Assembly: GCF_045657965.1 (NCBI RefSeq)
Contig: NZ_JAZOUG010000042.1
Span: 8,210-72,209 of the forward strand
From: Treponema sp.
GTDB lineage: Bacteria > Spirochaetota > Spirochaetia > Treponematales > Treponemataceae
Length of the DNA: 64,000 bases
Reading direction: 5' to 3'
Shown: positions 1 through 8,231 of the stretch, one piece after another
How positions within the stretch are numbered: the stretch's first letter is position 1
How the letters are laid out: the number at the start of each line of letters is the position of its first letter
Notes under the pieces: model-generated
Told to the model about the DNA's origin: nothing
Databases searched by the model: none
Seen by the model: the letters and a program-made list of their open reading frames with translations, nothing else
Translations under genes and position numbers: made by a program

Positions 1-581
1 GCTGCAACAACAAAGTTTGAAACAGTTCCTACAGGAAGGGCAACTTCGCCTTTAAGAGTAGTTGTTTTTGGAAGAGAAACTTTTTTTCCGGCTGCATCGG
101 TATAAGAAAGAATGTAGCCGTCTGCTTCCGGAACAGAGCTCCATGTTACAGCCATCTTTCCTTCGCCAAGGTTTCTGACCATTACAGCACTTTTTACCAG
201 GGGAAGTGTATATTTAAATGAAGCTGGTGCTGATTCATGCTTTACTTTTTCGCCGTTGCGTTCTGCATAAACAGTGAAAGTATATGTTCCTGATTTATTC
301 ACTGTAAAAACAGCTGATTTTGCTTCTTTTCGTGTACGGCCATAAGCCTCGCTTCCAGAAGCACCTGTATCTGATTTGAAAGCAACGGAACCTTTATCAG
401 CACCGTCATTTGATGTGACTGAGTTAAATGAAACTTTTATTTCGTTTGGTCCAGTCTGTTCAACTTTTGTAATTGCTGGAGCAGCAACTTCAGCCCATGG
501 CTTTTTATCAGCAAAAGCGCTTACACTTGCAGTAAGCAGAACTGCTGCTGAACACAAAAGTTTTAAGAGAGATTTTTTCAT
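1..581 (-). CDS. Secreted protein with FN3-like beta-sandwich domains, truncated by the window edge; possibly the N-terminus of a large polysaccharide-active enzyme
   Basis: Not in the ORF track; translated by hand. ATG at 581, GGAG RBS at 587-590, open to base 1: MKKSLLKLLCSAAVLLTASVSAFA-DKKPWAEVAAPAITKVEQTG...GTYTFTVYAERNG...VTWSSVPEADGYILSY. Signal peptide plus FN3-like W/Y pattern. No catalytic domain is visible in the window. Confidence 0.75.
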   Translation of the reverse strand, partial: MKKSLLKLLCSAAVLLTASVSAFADKKPWAEVAAPAITKVEQTGPNEIKVSFNSVTSNDGADKGSVAFKSDTGASGSEAYGRTRKEAKSAVFTVNKSGTYTFTVYAERNGEKVKHESAPASFKYTLPLVKSAVMVRNLGEGKMAVTWSSVPEADGYILSYTDAAGKKVSLPKTTTLKGEVALPVGTVSNFVVA

Positions 582-628
582 ACGAACTCCTTAACTTTAA
601 TAATATTGCAGTATATCACAATATCTAT

Positions 629-658
629 AAAAAAGGCAGACCTGTTTTCAGTCTGCCT
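629..658 (-). terminator. Rho-independent terminator downstream of CDS 688-1191
   Basis: Stem AGGCAGAC(634-641)/GTCTGCCT(651-658) with an adjacent A-run (U-run on the minus strand). Confidence 0.8.
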
Positions 659-687
659 CCCGAATTATTTACATTATAACAGAAATT

Positions 688-1191
688 TTATTTGCTGATT
701 TCGATTTTGTAAATGTACATACCGCCTGAAGTGCTGTAAACACCGTATGTTCCATCAGCATCAATTTTAGTTGAATCAATATGAACATCGCCTTCTTTGT
801 AAGAACCAGCGGCAATAACTTTAACTTCTTCGTTTGTATCAACATTTACAAGGTGAAGAGGACGTGAGCCTGAACCTGAGTTATTGCAGAGAATCTTTAC
901 AGTTTCACCAGCTTTTACAGGGAAAGTAATAAGACGCTCGCGTTTCTTAGCATTTCCTGAACCTTTTGTAGAAATACACTGTGTGAAAGTGTCATCACCG
1001 ACTGTGCGTGTATCACACTTTTTAACTTCCATTGCCTTTTCTACAGAACCGATAAGAACGAATCCATCTTCTTCCTGTTTTTCATCTGTAATCTGACCTT
1101 TTTCAAGATCGTTACCGCAAATATAGCCTTCTGCAAAAGAGAAAGCTCCGAACATAAATGTAGCTGCAAGAACAGCAAGAATTTTTTTCAT
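688..1191 (-). CDS. Small secreted beta-sandwich protein, putative carbohydrate-binding module (CBM77/pectin-binding-like)
   Basis: GGAGG RBS before ATG 1191; signal peptide MKKILAVLAATFMFGAFSFA; ends in GTYGVYSTSGGMYIYKIEI, which resembles modules appended to rumen pectinases (recalled similarity, not searched). Confidence 0.55.
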   Translation of the reverse strand: MKKILAVLAATFMFGAFSFAEGYICGNDLEKGQITDEKQEEDGFVLIGSVEKAMEVKKCDTRTVGDDTFTQCISTKGSGNAKKRERLITFPVKAGETVKILCNNSGSGSRPLHLVNVDTNEEVKVIAAGSYKEGDVHIDSTKIDADGTYGVYSTSGGMYIYKIEISK

Positions 1192-1340
1192 AGGAATTAC
1201 CTCCATTAAACGTTCTTAAATTTTAGAACCTTTTTATTATATTTATGTTACAAAAATCTGTATAAATTTTTGTGCAGTATAAGTATATGATTTCGCTAAA
1301 ATAAAAAACATACAAATATTTTTAAATTTCCGCTCTGATT

Positions 1341-1369
1341 TTGACGATTTTTGATAATTTTGCTATATT
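1341..1369 (+). promoter_or_regulatory. sigma70-like promoter for DUF2156-YkgJ
   Basis: TTGACG(1341-1346), 17 bp, TATATT(1364-1369) with TG extension; ATG follows 9 nt later with no SD. Confidence 0.6.
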
Positions 1370-1378
1370 TTTCTGTAA

Positions 1379-2353
1379 ATGAATTGGTCAATTTTAACAC
1401 TTCAGGATTTTCTTTTTCTTAATGACTGCCTTGTTTCTTCAGAATTAGAGGGCAGCGATTCTTCACTTGTAAATATCTATCTTCTTCAAAAAAAATACGA
1501 TACAAAAACCGCAGTTCACAAAGGATTTTTATTCAGATATTACGAAGGAAGCGAAAACCGCACAGGATACGGATTTCCGTTGAAGCTGTGTGACAAAAAA
1601 CTTTCCGACGCTGATAAAGCTCATTCTTTAAGTAAGGCAGTTTCATTAATTATTGAAGATGCCGTAACAAACGGCAGAAAAGTCAAATTCTGTCTGCTGA
1701 CAGAAAAACAGAAAATTCAGCTGGACAATGTCTTAAAAACCGATTTTCCAGAAATCAGTATTGAATGGCAGACAAATCGTGATGACTGCGATTATATTTA
1801 TTCACGAGAAAAACTTGCTGCCCTTTCAGGAAAGACTTATCACAAAAAAAAGAATCATGTTTCCCGTTTTTTGCGCAATTATGAAGGAAACTGGGAATTC
1901 CGCTCTCTTAATTTGTGTTCCATTGATGACGACATGATTTTTGTTGCACAGAAATGGCTTGAAGAACGGTTTAAACTTGCTTCTAGTGGTGAAATAAATC
2001 TTTCTGAATCAGAAAAAAATATTCTGAATCTTGAGCACGAAATGATAAAAACAGCCCTCAAAAATAAAGATGCATTTTCTTTAGAGGGAGGCGTTTTGTA
2101 CATAAGCGGAAATCCTGTCGCAATGACACTGGCTTCGCGCATTTCAGAAAAAATACTGGACGTTCATTTTGAAAAATGTCTTTCGGAAGCTGCCGATGGT
2201 GGAGCTTATGCTGCAATCAACTGGTGCTTTGCAAATTCCTGCGATTCATACGAATTTTTAAACAGGGAAGAAGATATGGGAGTTGAAGGCCTTCGAAAAG
2301 CAAAACTGAGCTATCATCCGCAGAATCTTCTCGAAAAATTTTATTCTTTATAG
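1379..2353 (+). CDS. DUF2156 / LPG_synthase_C (aminoacyl-tRNA-dependent transferase-like) domain protein
   Basis: Motifs KKNHVSRF, DVHFEK, YAAIN and LNREEDMGVEGLRKAKLSYHP are typical of the DUF2156 family. Confidence 0.85.
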   Translation: MNWSILTLQDFLFLNDCLVSSELEGSDSSLVNIYLLQKKYDTKTAVHKGFLFRYYEGSENRTGYGFPLKLCDKKLSDADKAHSLSKAVSLIIEDAVTNGRKVKFCLLTEKQKIQLDNVLKTDFPEISIEWQTNRDDCDYIYSREKLAALSGKTYHKKKNHVSRFLRNYEGNWEFRSLNLCSIDDDMIFVAQKWLEERFKLASSGEINLSESEKNILNLEHEMIKTALKNKDAFSLEGGVLYISGNPVAMTLASRISEKILDVHFEKCLSEAADGGAYAAINWCFANSCDSYEFLNREEDMGVEGLRKAKLSYHPQNLLEKFYSL

Positions 2354-2362
2354 GAAGTTTTA

Positions 2363-2848
2363 ATGCTGAAATCAATTTTATCTTCAAAAGACTGTGCTGT
2401 CTGCCGGTTCTGCTGTTCGTTCAGACGGCAGAGTCTTTGGGAAACTCCACTTTTTGATAAAAAAACAAAAGAATCGCTCGAAAAAAAATATCCTGAAGCA
2501 AAATTCAAAACTGCCGGAAACGAAAGTTTTACAGTAGATTTACTTCATCTTTACAAAACAGACGGTTCTGAAGAAGAAGCTGCATGTCCTTTTTTAGGCG
2601 AAAGCGGTTGTGTACTTACAGCCGACGAAAAGCCTTTTGACTGCTCAATCTGGCCGCTTCGTGCAGCAAAAATCAACGGAAAAGTACACGTTATGCTTGA
2701 AAATACATGCCCTGCAATCAATAAGCAGCCGTTTAAAAATGTAGAAAATCTTGTAAAATCGGGCCTTGGCGAAAAAATAACTGCTTATGCAGAAAAAAAT
2801 CCCGATTCAATTAAGGAAATTCAGGAAGGATTTAAAGTGATTTTTTAA
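2363..2848 (+). CDS. YkgJ-family cysteine-cluster (Zn/Fe-chelating) protein
   Basis: CxxCxxCC (CAVCRFCC), CPFL...GC and KPFDCSIWP; 9 bp downstream of DUF2156 with an AGGA RBS. Confidence 0.75.
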   Translation: MLKSILSSKDCAVCRFCCSFRRQSLWETPLFDKKTKESLEKKYPEAKFKTAGNESFTVDLLHLYKTDGSEEEAACPFLGESGCVLTADEKPFDCSIWPLRAAKINGKVHVMLENTCPAINKQPFKNVENLVKSGLGEKITAYAEKNPDSIKEIQEGFKVIF

Positions 2849-2956
2849 AATCTTACTTCATTCAAATCATCTCCCTTTATTTTACATCTTTTTGATTATA
2901 TTTTAGATATTATTTTACAAAATATAATTTATGATTTAATAAAAAGGAGAATAAAC

Positions 2957-4135
2957 ATGAAAAAATTATTCAAAAAATCACTTTTTCTAATCACAGCCGC
3001 TTTGCTTTCATTTTCGCTTTTCGCAGAAGGAAGCAAAGAATATGTAAAACAGGAAATCAACGCAAAGGACCGCTGTCTGCCGACTTTCTACGAATCAATT
3101 CTCAAAAAATGGGAATTCTCTATGGGCTGGAAAGAAGGTTCAAATCCAAAAAAATGGAAGCAGGCCGGTCTTGAAAAAGCCCGTGAGCTTATCATCCAAA
3201 ACGAAGACAAAACACCTTTCGATATGGTCGTTTTTGAAGAAGAACAGCGCGAAGGCTACAAAGCTCAGAAAGTTGTTTTCAATATCAGTGCAGAAAGCCG
3301 GGTTCTTGCCTATCTTTTAATTCCGGACACAGGCAAAAAACATCCGGCTGCATTAATGCTGCACGACCACGGCTCAAAATTCACTATCGGTAAAGAAAAA
3401 ATGGTCCGGCCTTTTGGCACGACCGAAGAAGACCAGAAAAAGCTTGCTGAAGCCGAAAACTGGTCAGCACGCTACTTTGGCGAGCGCTTCCCTGGAGACG
3501 AACTTGCAAAACGCGGCTACGTTGTTCTCAGTTTTGATGCACTCGGCTGGGGCGACCGCTCTGTCCAGGGATTCAAAACAGACAGCCAGCAGTCACTCGG
3601 TTCAAACCTCTTTAACATGGGCACAAGTTTTGCAGGAATTATTGCTCAGGAAGACTGCCGTGCCGCAAAATTCTTAGCTTCACTTCCACAGGTTGATAAA
3701 AAGAAGGTTGCCTGCATAGGATTCAGTATGGGCGGCTTCCGTTCATGGCAGCTTGCGGCAATCAGTGACGACATTACGGCAGGCGTTTCTGTCTGCTGGT
3801 TCGGTACAATGAAAGGCCACATCAAAATCGGTGACGGTCAGCTCAAAGGAAATTCTGCATTCAGTATGCTTCACCCGACAATCGCAAAATTCCTCGATTA
3901 TCCTGATGTAGCAGGTCTTGCCGCTCCAAAACCAATGTACTTCATTGGCGGCGATGATGATGCAGTAAACCCGACCGAAGGCACAAAAGAAGCTTACGAA
4001 AAAGTTCACAGCATCTGGAAAGCAAACAAAGCCGAAGACAAACTCAAAACAGAGTTAATCGCAGGCGGCGAACATGCATATCTTCCGGAACAGCAGGACT
4101 CAAGCTTCGACTGGCTGGACAAGCAATTTAAATAA
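2957..4135 (+). CDS. Secreted alpha/beta hydrolase (dienelactone hydrolase / acetyl-esterase-like)
   Basis: AGGAG RBS, signal peptide, nucleophile elbow GFSMGG, LHDHG, acid GGDDD and C-terminal GEH. Confidence 0.85.
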   Translation: MKKLFKKSLFLITAALLSFSLFAEGSKEYVKQEINAKDRCLPTFYESILKKWEFSMGWKEGSNPKKWKQAGLEKARELIIQNEDKTPFDMVVFEEEQREGYKAQKVVFNISAESRVLAYLLIPDTGKKHPAALMLHDHGSKFTIGKEKMVRPFGTTEEDQKKLAEAENWSARYFGERFPGDELAKRGYVVLSFDALGWGDRSVQGFKTDSQQSLGSNLFNMGTSFAGIIAQEDCRAAKFLASLPQVDKKKVACIGFSMGGFRSWQLAAISDDITAGVSVCWFGTMKGHIKIGDGQLKGNSAFSMLHPTIAKFLDYPDVAGLAAPKPMYFIGGDDDAVNPTEGTKEAYEKVHSIWKANKAEDKLKTELIAGGEHAYLPEQQDSSFDWLDKQFK

Positions 4136-4181
4136 TCCTATGAGTTTGCACTTATAGCAAAAAGAAATTTTAACTACGCAC

Positions 4182-4277
4182 AAAAAAAACAGGCATAGGC
4201 GGGGTTATGACAAAAAGTCGCTTGAACTTGTTCACCGCGACTTTTTTGGCATGTTCCCGCCGGAAGCCTGTTTTTTT
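4182..4277. repeat. About 96-nt nested imperfect inverted repeat (REP-like element or bidirectional terminator)
   Basis: AAAAAAACAGGC/GCCTGTTTTTTT, GGCGGG/CCCGCC, ATGACAAAAAGTCGC/GCGACTTTTTGGCAT (14 of 15 paired) and TGAA/TTCA arms. Confidence 0.75.
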
Positions 4278-4279
4278 AT

Positions 4280-4308
4280 TTGTACAGGAATCTTTTTTTC
4301 GATATAAT
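4280..4308 (+). promoter_or_regulatory. sigma70-like promoter giving a leaderless hisA-IE transcript
   Basis: TTGTAC(4280-4285), 17 bp, TATAAT(4303-4308); ATG at 4316 is 7 nt downstream and there is no SD. Confidence 0.7.
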
Positions 4309-4315
4309 TGCATTT

Positions 4316-5617
4316 ATGGTAATTGCTTCAATCGACATGAAAGACGGACACGTCGTCCAGCTCAAAAACGGAAAGGATCTTGTTCTCCAGAGAGATGATT
4401 CTGATTCTTTGATTTCTGATTTCAACAAATACGGTGAAGTTGCAGTAATCGACCTTGACCAGGCGTTGCGCAACACAGACGAAAAGGGCAACACAAAAAA
4501 CACACCGCTTTTAAAGTCTTTGCTCAGAAAAGGAAATGTTCGTGTCGGTGGCGGTATCCGCACTGCAAAAAAAGCCCGTGAACTCATTTCGCTCGGTGCA
4601 GAAAAAGTAATTATCGGGTCAGCCGCATGGAATCCAAATCCAAAAGCCGGTGAGTCTGTCTTAAACGAAGAATTTTTACAGGAACTTTGCAATACAATCG
4701 GTAAGCAGCGGGTAATTATTTCAGTTGATTCAATTCAGGGTAAAATTGCCGTAAAAGGCTGGACTGAGACCGTCGACATTCCTTTAATCGAAGGAGCAAA
4801 ACAGGCAGAAAAATACTGTTCTGAGCTTTTGTTCACCTGTGTCGAAAAAGAAGGCTGCATGCAGGGAACTGACATGGATTCATGCCGTGCTTTGCGAGAG
4901 GCAGTAAAATGTCGCGTTGTAGTTGCAGGCGGAGTCAACACTTTAGAGCAGATTACTGAACTTGAAAAACTTGGCTGTGACGTTCAGCTTGGAATGGCTT
5001 TGTACACAGGAAAAGTTAATCTTAAAGATGCTTTCATCGGCTGCCTTAATTTTGAAAAAGTCGATGGAATGATTCCTGTAATCGCACAGAGCCCGAGCGG
5101 CGAAGTTTTGATGATGGGCTATTCCAACAAAGAAGCATTCGAAAAATCATTTGAAACCGGAAAACTCACTTTCTTTAGCCGCACCCGAAACTGTCTTTGG
5201 ACAAAAGGCGAAACAAGCGGTCATTTCTTAGAGCTTATCAAAATGCGCGCTGACTGCGACAGAGACACGGTTTTGGCAACTGTATTTCCTCATGGTGGAG
5301 TCTGCCACACAGGAAGCTTTACCTGCTTTGGAAGCGAGGCTGATGCAAAATCAAATCTTGAACGGCTTTACGGCACGATTGCCGAGCGCTTTGCAAATCC
5401 AAAACCGGGCAGCTACACTGCAACCTTAGATGCAAAACGGGTTCGCGAAAAGGTCATGGAAGAAGCAGAAGAGCTTTGCGACGATGCAGATTCAAAAGAC
5501 GAAGTTATCTGGGAAGCAGCCGATTTGCTTTATTTTGTAAGCGTTCTCATGTACAAAGAAGGTGTTACATGGCAGGATGTTTACAATGAATTGGACAAAC
5601 GCCACAAAGAGAAGTAA
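4316..5617 (+). CDS. hisIE: Trifunctional histidine biosynthesis fusion: HisA-like TIM barrel + HisI (PR-AMP cyclohydrolase) + HisE (PR-ATP diphosphatase)
   Basis: N-terminus IASID...VIDLD...VGGGIR...VIIGSAA (HisA/F barrel); LWTKGETSG...DCDRD...CHTG...CF (HisI); GSYT...EKVMEEAEEL...EAADLLY (HisE). Start moved to ATG 4316. Confidence 0.9.
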   Translation: MVIASIDMKDGHVVQLKNGKDLVLQRDDSDSLISDFNKYGEVAVIDLDQALRNTDEKGNTKNTPLLKSLLRKGNVRVGGGIRTAKKARELISLGAEKVIIGSAAWNPNPKAGESVLNEEFLQELCNTIGKQRVIISVDSIQGKIAVKGWTETVDIPLIEGAKQAEKYCSELLFTCVEKEGCMQGTDMDSCRALREAVKCRVVVAGGVNTLEQITELEKLGCDVQLGMALYTGKVNLKDAFIGCLNFEKVDGMIPVIAQSPSGEVLMMGYSNKEAFEKSFETGKLTFFSRTRNCLWTKGETSGHFLELIKMRADCDRDTVLATVFPHGGVCHTGSFTCFGSEADAKSNLERLYGTIAERFANPKPGSYTATLDAKRVREKVMEEAEELCDDADSKDEVIWEAADLLYFVSVLMYKEGVTWQDVYNELDKRHKEK

Positions 5618-5660
5618 AATTATAGTTGCTGAACAAAACTGATTTTTGGAGGAAGCAACT

Positions 5661-7256
5661 ATGGCTGTTACTGTATATTCTCTCGGAGCTGCTCAGGAAG
5701 TTACCGGTTCAAAACACATCTTTGAAATAAACGGTCGTTCTTATATGATTGACTGTGGTGCCTTTCAGGGTAAGCGTGCCGAATCCGACGAAAAAAACAG
5801 GAATTTTGAAATTCCTGTCGATAAAATCGAATCTGTAATTTTAACTCATGCACATTATGACCATGTAGGTCTTCTTCCGCTGCTTGTAAAAAAAGGCTAC
5901 AACGGCAATGTTTATGCAACTCCTGCAACCCGCGATTTAACTGACCTTATCATGATGGACAGTGCGCGTATTCAGGCACGTGATGCCGAATACCTGCGGA
6001 AACAGGCCGTTAAAAAAGGCGAAAAATTTAACTGGCAGCCGATGTTCACAGAAAAAGACTGTCTTAAAGCCGCAAATCAGATTATTACTCTTTCTTACAA
6101 CCGCAAAATGTACATTTCGCCGGAAGTTCAGCTGGAATATTTTGATGCCGGTCATATTTTAGGCTCAGCTTTTGCTTACATTACAATTAAAGGCCAGAGA
6201 GACCAGAACGGAAATCCAATCCGCGAAAACGAAAACAATGCACTGCGTATCTGGAACAAACTTTTCGGCTGGAAAAAGGACGACAAACGTTCAACTCCAG
6301 ACCGCCGCAAGGCAACTCCGGAAGAACAGGCTCAGTACACCGGTCCTGAACGACGCAGCGGATTTGACCGGCGCGAAGGCAAAGATGAAATCCGCATTTT
6401 GTACACAGGCGATTTAGGCCGTAAACAAAAACCTATTATCCGAGACCCTTCAACAAAACTTCCCCCGCCGGACTATATTTTTATCGAAAGCACTTACGGA
6501 AACCGAAAGCACGAAGATACAGCAATTGCAATGGACGAACTCCGCAAAATTGTTCACCGTGCAGTTGAAAAAAAAGGCAAAATTATAATTCCATCATTTG
6601 CAATCGAACGCACTCAGGAAATCGTCTATTATCTGCATCTTCTTGTAGACAAAAAAAAGATTCCGAATATTCCGATTTATGTAGATTCACCAATGGCTGT
6701 AAATGCAACATCAATTTTCCAGGTTCATCAGGAATGTTATTCAGATGATGTTCATGAAGCTTTTTTACAGCATCATAAAAATCCATTTGGTTTCGGAAAC
6801 CTTTCTTTTGTAAACAGTCTTGAAGAATCAAAAAATCTCAACAAAAAAGAAGGACCGATGATTATAATTTCTGCCGATGGTATGTGTGAAAGCGGCAGAA
6901 TTGTTCATCACATTGCCAATAATATTTCAGACCCGCGCAATACAATTCTTATCGTAGGCTACATGGCAGAAAACACACTTGGCCGCCGTATTCGGGACGG
7001 TGCAAAAGTTGTTACAATCATGGGCGATGAATATGACGTAAAAGCAAATGTCGAGCAGATTAATGCCTTTTCAGCACACGCCGATTATGAAGAAATGACG
7101 AAATGGCTTAAATCAATCGATACAAGCCGGCTCAAAAAAATCTTCATGGTACACGGCGAACACGAGGCCCAGGAATTTTTCAAAGCTCATCTTGAGAAAA
7201 ACGGCTTCCCGAACGTGCAGATTGTAAAATACGGCGAATCTTACGAAATTGAGTAA
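5661..7256 (+). CDS. beta-CASP metallo-beta-lactamase-fold ribonuclease (COG1236-like) with an approximately 65-aa Arg-rich insertion
   Basis: GAAQEVTGS, IDCG, THAHYDH, AGHILGSA, TGDLGR, ESTYG, IPSFAIERTQE, FSAHAD, VHGE; GGAGG RBS before ATG 5661. Confidence 0.9.
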   Translation: MAVTVYSLGAAQEVTGSKHIFEINGRSYMIDCGAFQGKRAESDEKNRNFEIPVDKIESVILTHAHYDHVGLLPLLVKKGYNGNVYATPATRDLTDLIMMDSARIQARDAEYLRKQAVKKGEKFNWQPMFTEKDCLKAANQIITLSYNRKMYISPEVQLEYFDAGHILGSAFAYITIKGQRDQNGNPIRENENNALRIWNKLFGWKKDDKRSTPDRRKATPEEQAQYTGPERRSGFDRREGKDEIRILYTGDLGRKQKPIIRDPSTKLPPPDYIFIESTYGNRKHEDTAIAMDELRKIVHRAVEKKGKIIIPSFAIERTQEIVYYLHLLVDKKKIPNIPIYVDSPMAVNATSIFQVHQECYSDDVHEAFLQHHKNPFGFGNLSFVNSLEESKNLNKKEGPMIIISADGMCESGRIVHHIANNISDPRNTILIVGYMAENTLGRRIRDGAKVVTIMGDEYDVKANVEQINAFSAHADYEEMTKWLKSIDTSRLKKIFMVHGEHEAQEFFKAHLEKNGFPNVQIVKYGESYEIE

Positions 7257-7259
7257 AAT

Positions 7260-8222
7260 ATGAAAAAAGAAACAAAAACCCTTATCAAACAGATTTCTCT
7301 TCCAGTCGGAATTTTTTTCGGAATCATTCTCGTGCTTTTTATTGGCATTTATTTTGCACTCTTTAAGCCGAATTTTATGCGCGGGAACGGGAAGCCAACT
7401 CCAATGGATAAAAACCACTTTCTCACAATAGAAAATGAAGAAAAAAATAAAGCCGACACAGAATGGTTCTATTCCCAGAATCCGGAAGAAATCACCGTTG
7501 AATCTTTTGATAATCTCAAACTTACCGCCTACAATCTTCCGGCCGAAAATGCAAAAGGAACCTGGCTTTTAATTCATGGTCATCACTCTGCTCCGCTCCG
7601 GGAATTTGCCGGGCTTGCAAAGTTTTTCCACGAACTGGGTTATAATGTAGTTCTTCCTTATCAGCGTGCTCACGGAAAAAGCGAAGGAAAATACATCACT
7701 TTCGGTGTTAAGGAACGCTACGATGTACGGGACTGGCTTTTAAAAGTAAACGAAATCTACGGCGATACACTTCCTGTTTATCTTGAAGGCATTTCAATGG
7801 GATGTGCCACAGTTTTAATGAGCCTGAGTTTTGATTTACCGGCTAACTTGTGCTATGTTGTTGCTGACTGCGGCTACACTTCACCTTATGATATTATGTG
7901 GAAAGTTGCCCGGAAAGACAAAAATGTCCCTCTTCCACGGCTTGTTCTGGGCATCGGAAACATTATGACTCAAATTCTTGCTGATTTTGATTTTAACGAA
8001 TACGATACATTCAAAGGTCTGCGCTATAATCAGATTCCTGTACTTTTTATTCACGGCACAGAAGATGCCTTTGTTCCAATCGAAATGACAATCGCAAACT
8101 ATCAGTACTGTACAAGTGAAAAATTTCTGTATTTAGTCGAAAAAGCCCCCCACGCGATTTCATATTTTATCGACGAAGAGGGCTATCATAAAGCTCTGAT
8201 TGAATTCTGCAAATTACAGTAA
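7260..8222 (+). CDS. Membrane-anchored alpha/beta hydrolase (YqkD-like)
   Basis: N-terminal TM helix, LIHGH, RAHGKSEG, GISMGC nucleophile, HGTEDAFVP, APH. Confidence 0.85.
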   Translation: MKKETKTLIKQISLPVGIFFGIILVLFIGIYFALFKPNFMRGNGKPTPMDKNHFLTIENEEKNKADTEWFYSQNPEEITVESFDNLKLTAYNLPAENAKGTWLLIHGHHSAPLREFAGLAKFFHELGYNVVLPYQRAHGKSEGKYITFGVKERYDVRDWLLKVNEIYGDTLPVYLEGISMGCATVLMSLSFDLPANLCYVVADCGYTSPYDIMWKVARKDKNVPLPRLVLGIGNIMTQILADFDFNEYDTFKGLRYNQIPVLFIHGTEDAFVPIEMTIANYQYCTSEKFLYLVEKAPHAISYFIDEEGYHKALIEFCKLQ

Positions 8223-8231
8223 ATTTTATAC

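Noticed and set aside
1212-1273. AT-rich inverted repeats upstream of the CBM-like gene (1212-1229; 1250-1257/1266-1273) as GntR operators
   Set aside because: They are short, very AT-rich, and not repeated at the dctP promoter, so they cannot be told from chance.
2957-4135. Higher-GC hydrolase gene as a mobile or horizontally acquired unit
   Set aside because: There is no transposase or target-site duplication, and the GC level is compatible with expression-linked codon bias.
4182-4277. SRP RNA or riboswitch
   Set aside because: No SRP helix-8 consensus or recognisable aptamer motif; the structure is a symmetric palindrome.
4207-4398. 63-aa ORF and antisense ORF 4276-4692
   Set aside because: The first runs through the palindrome and the hisA promoter; the second is a shadow of hisA-IE. 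Neither has an RBS or recognisable motifs.
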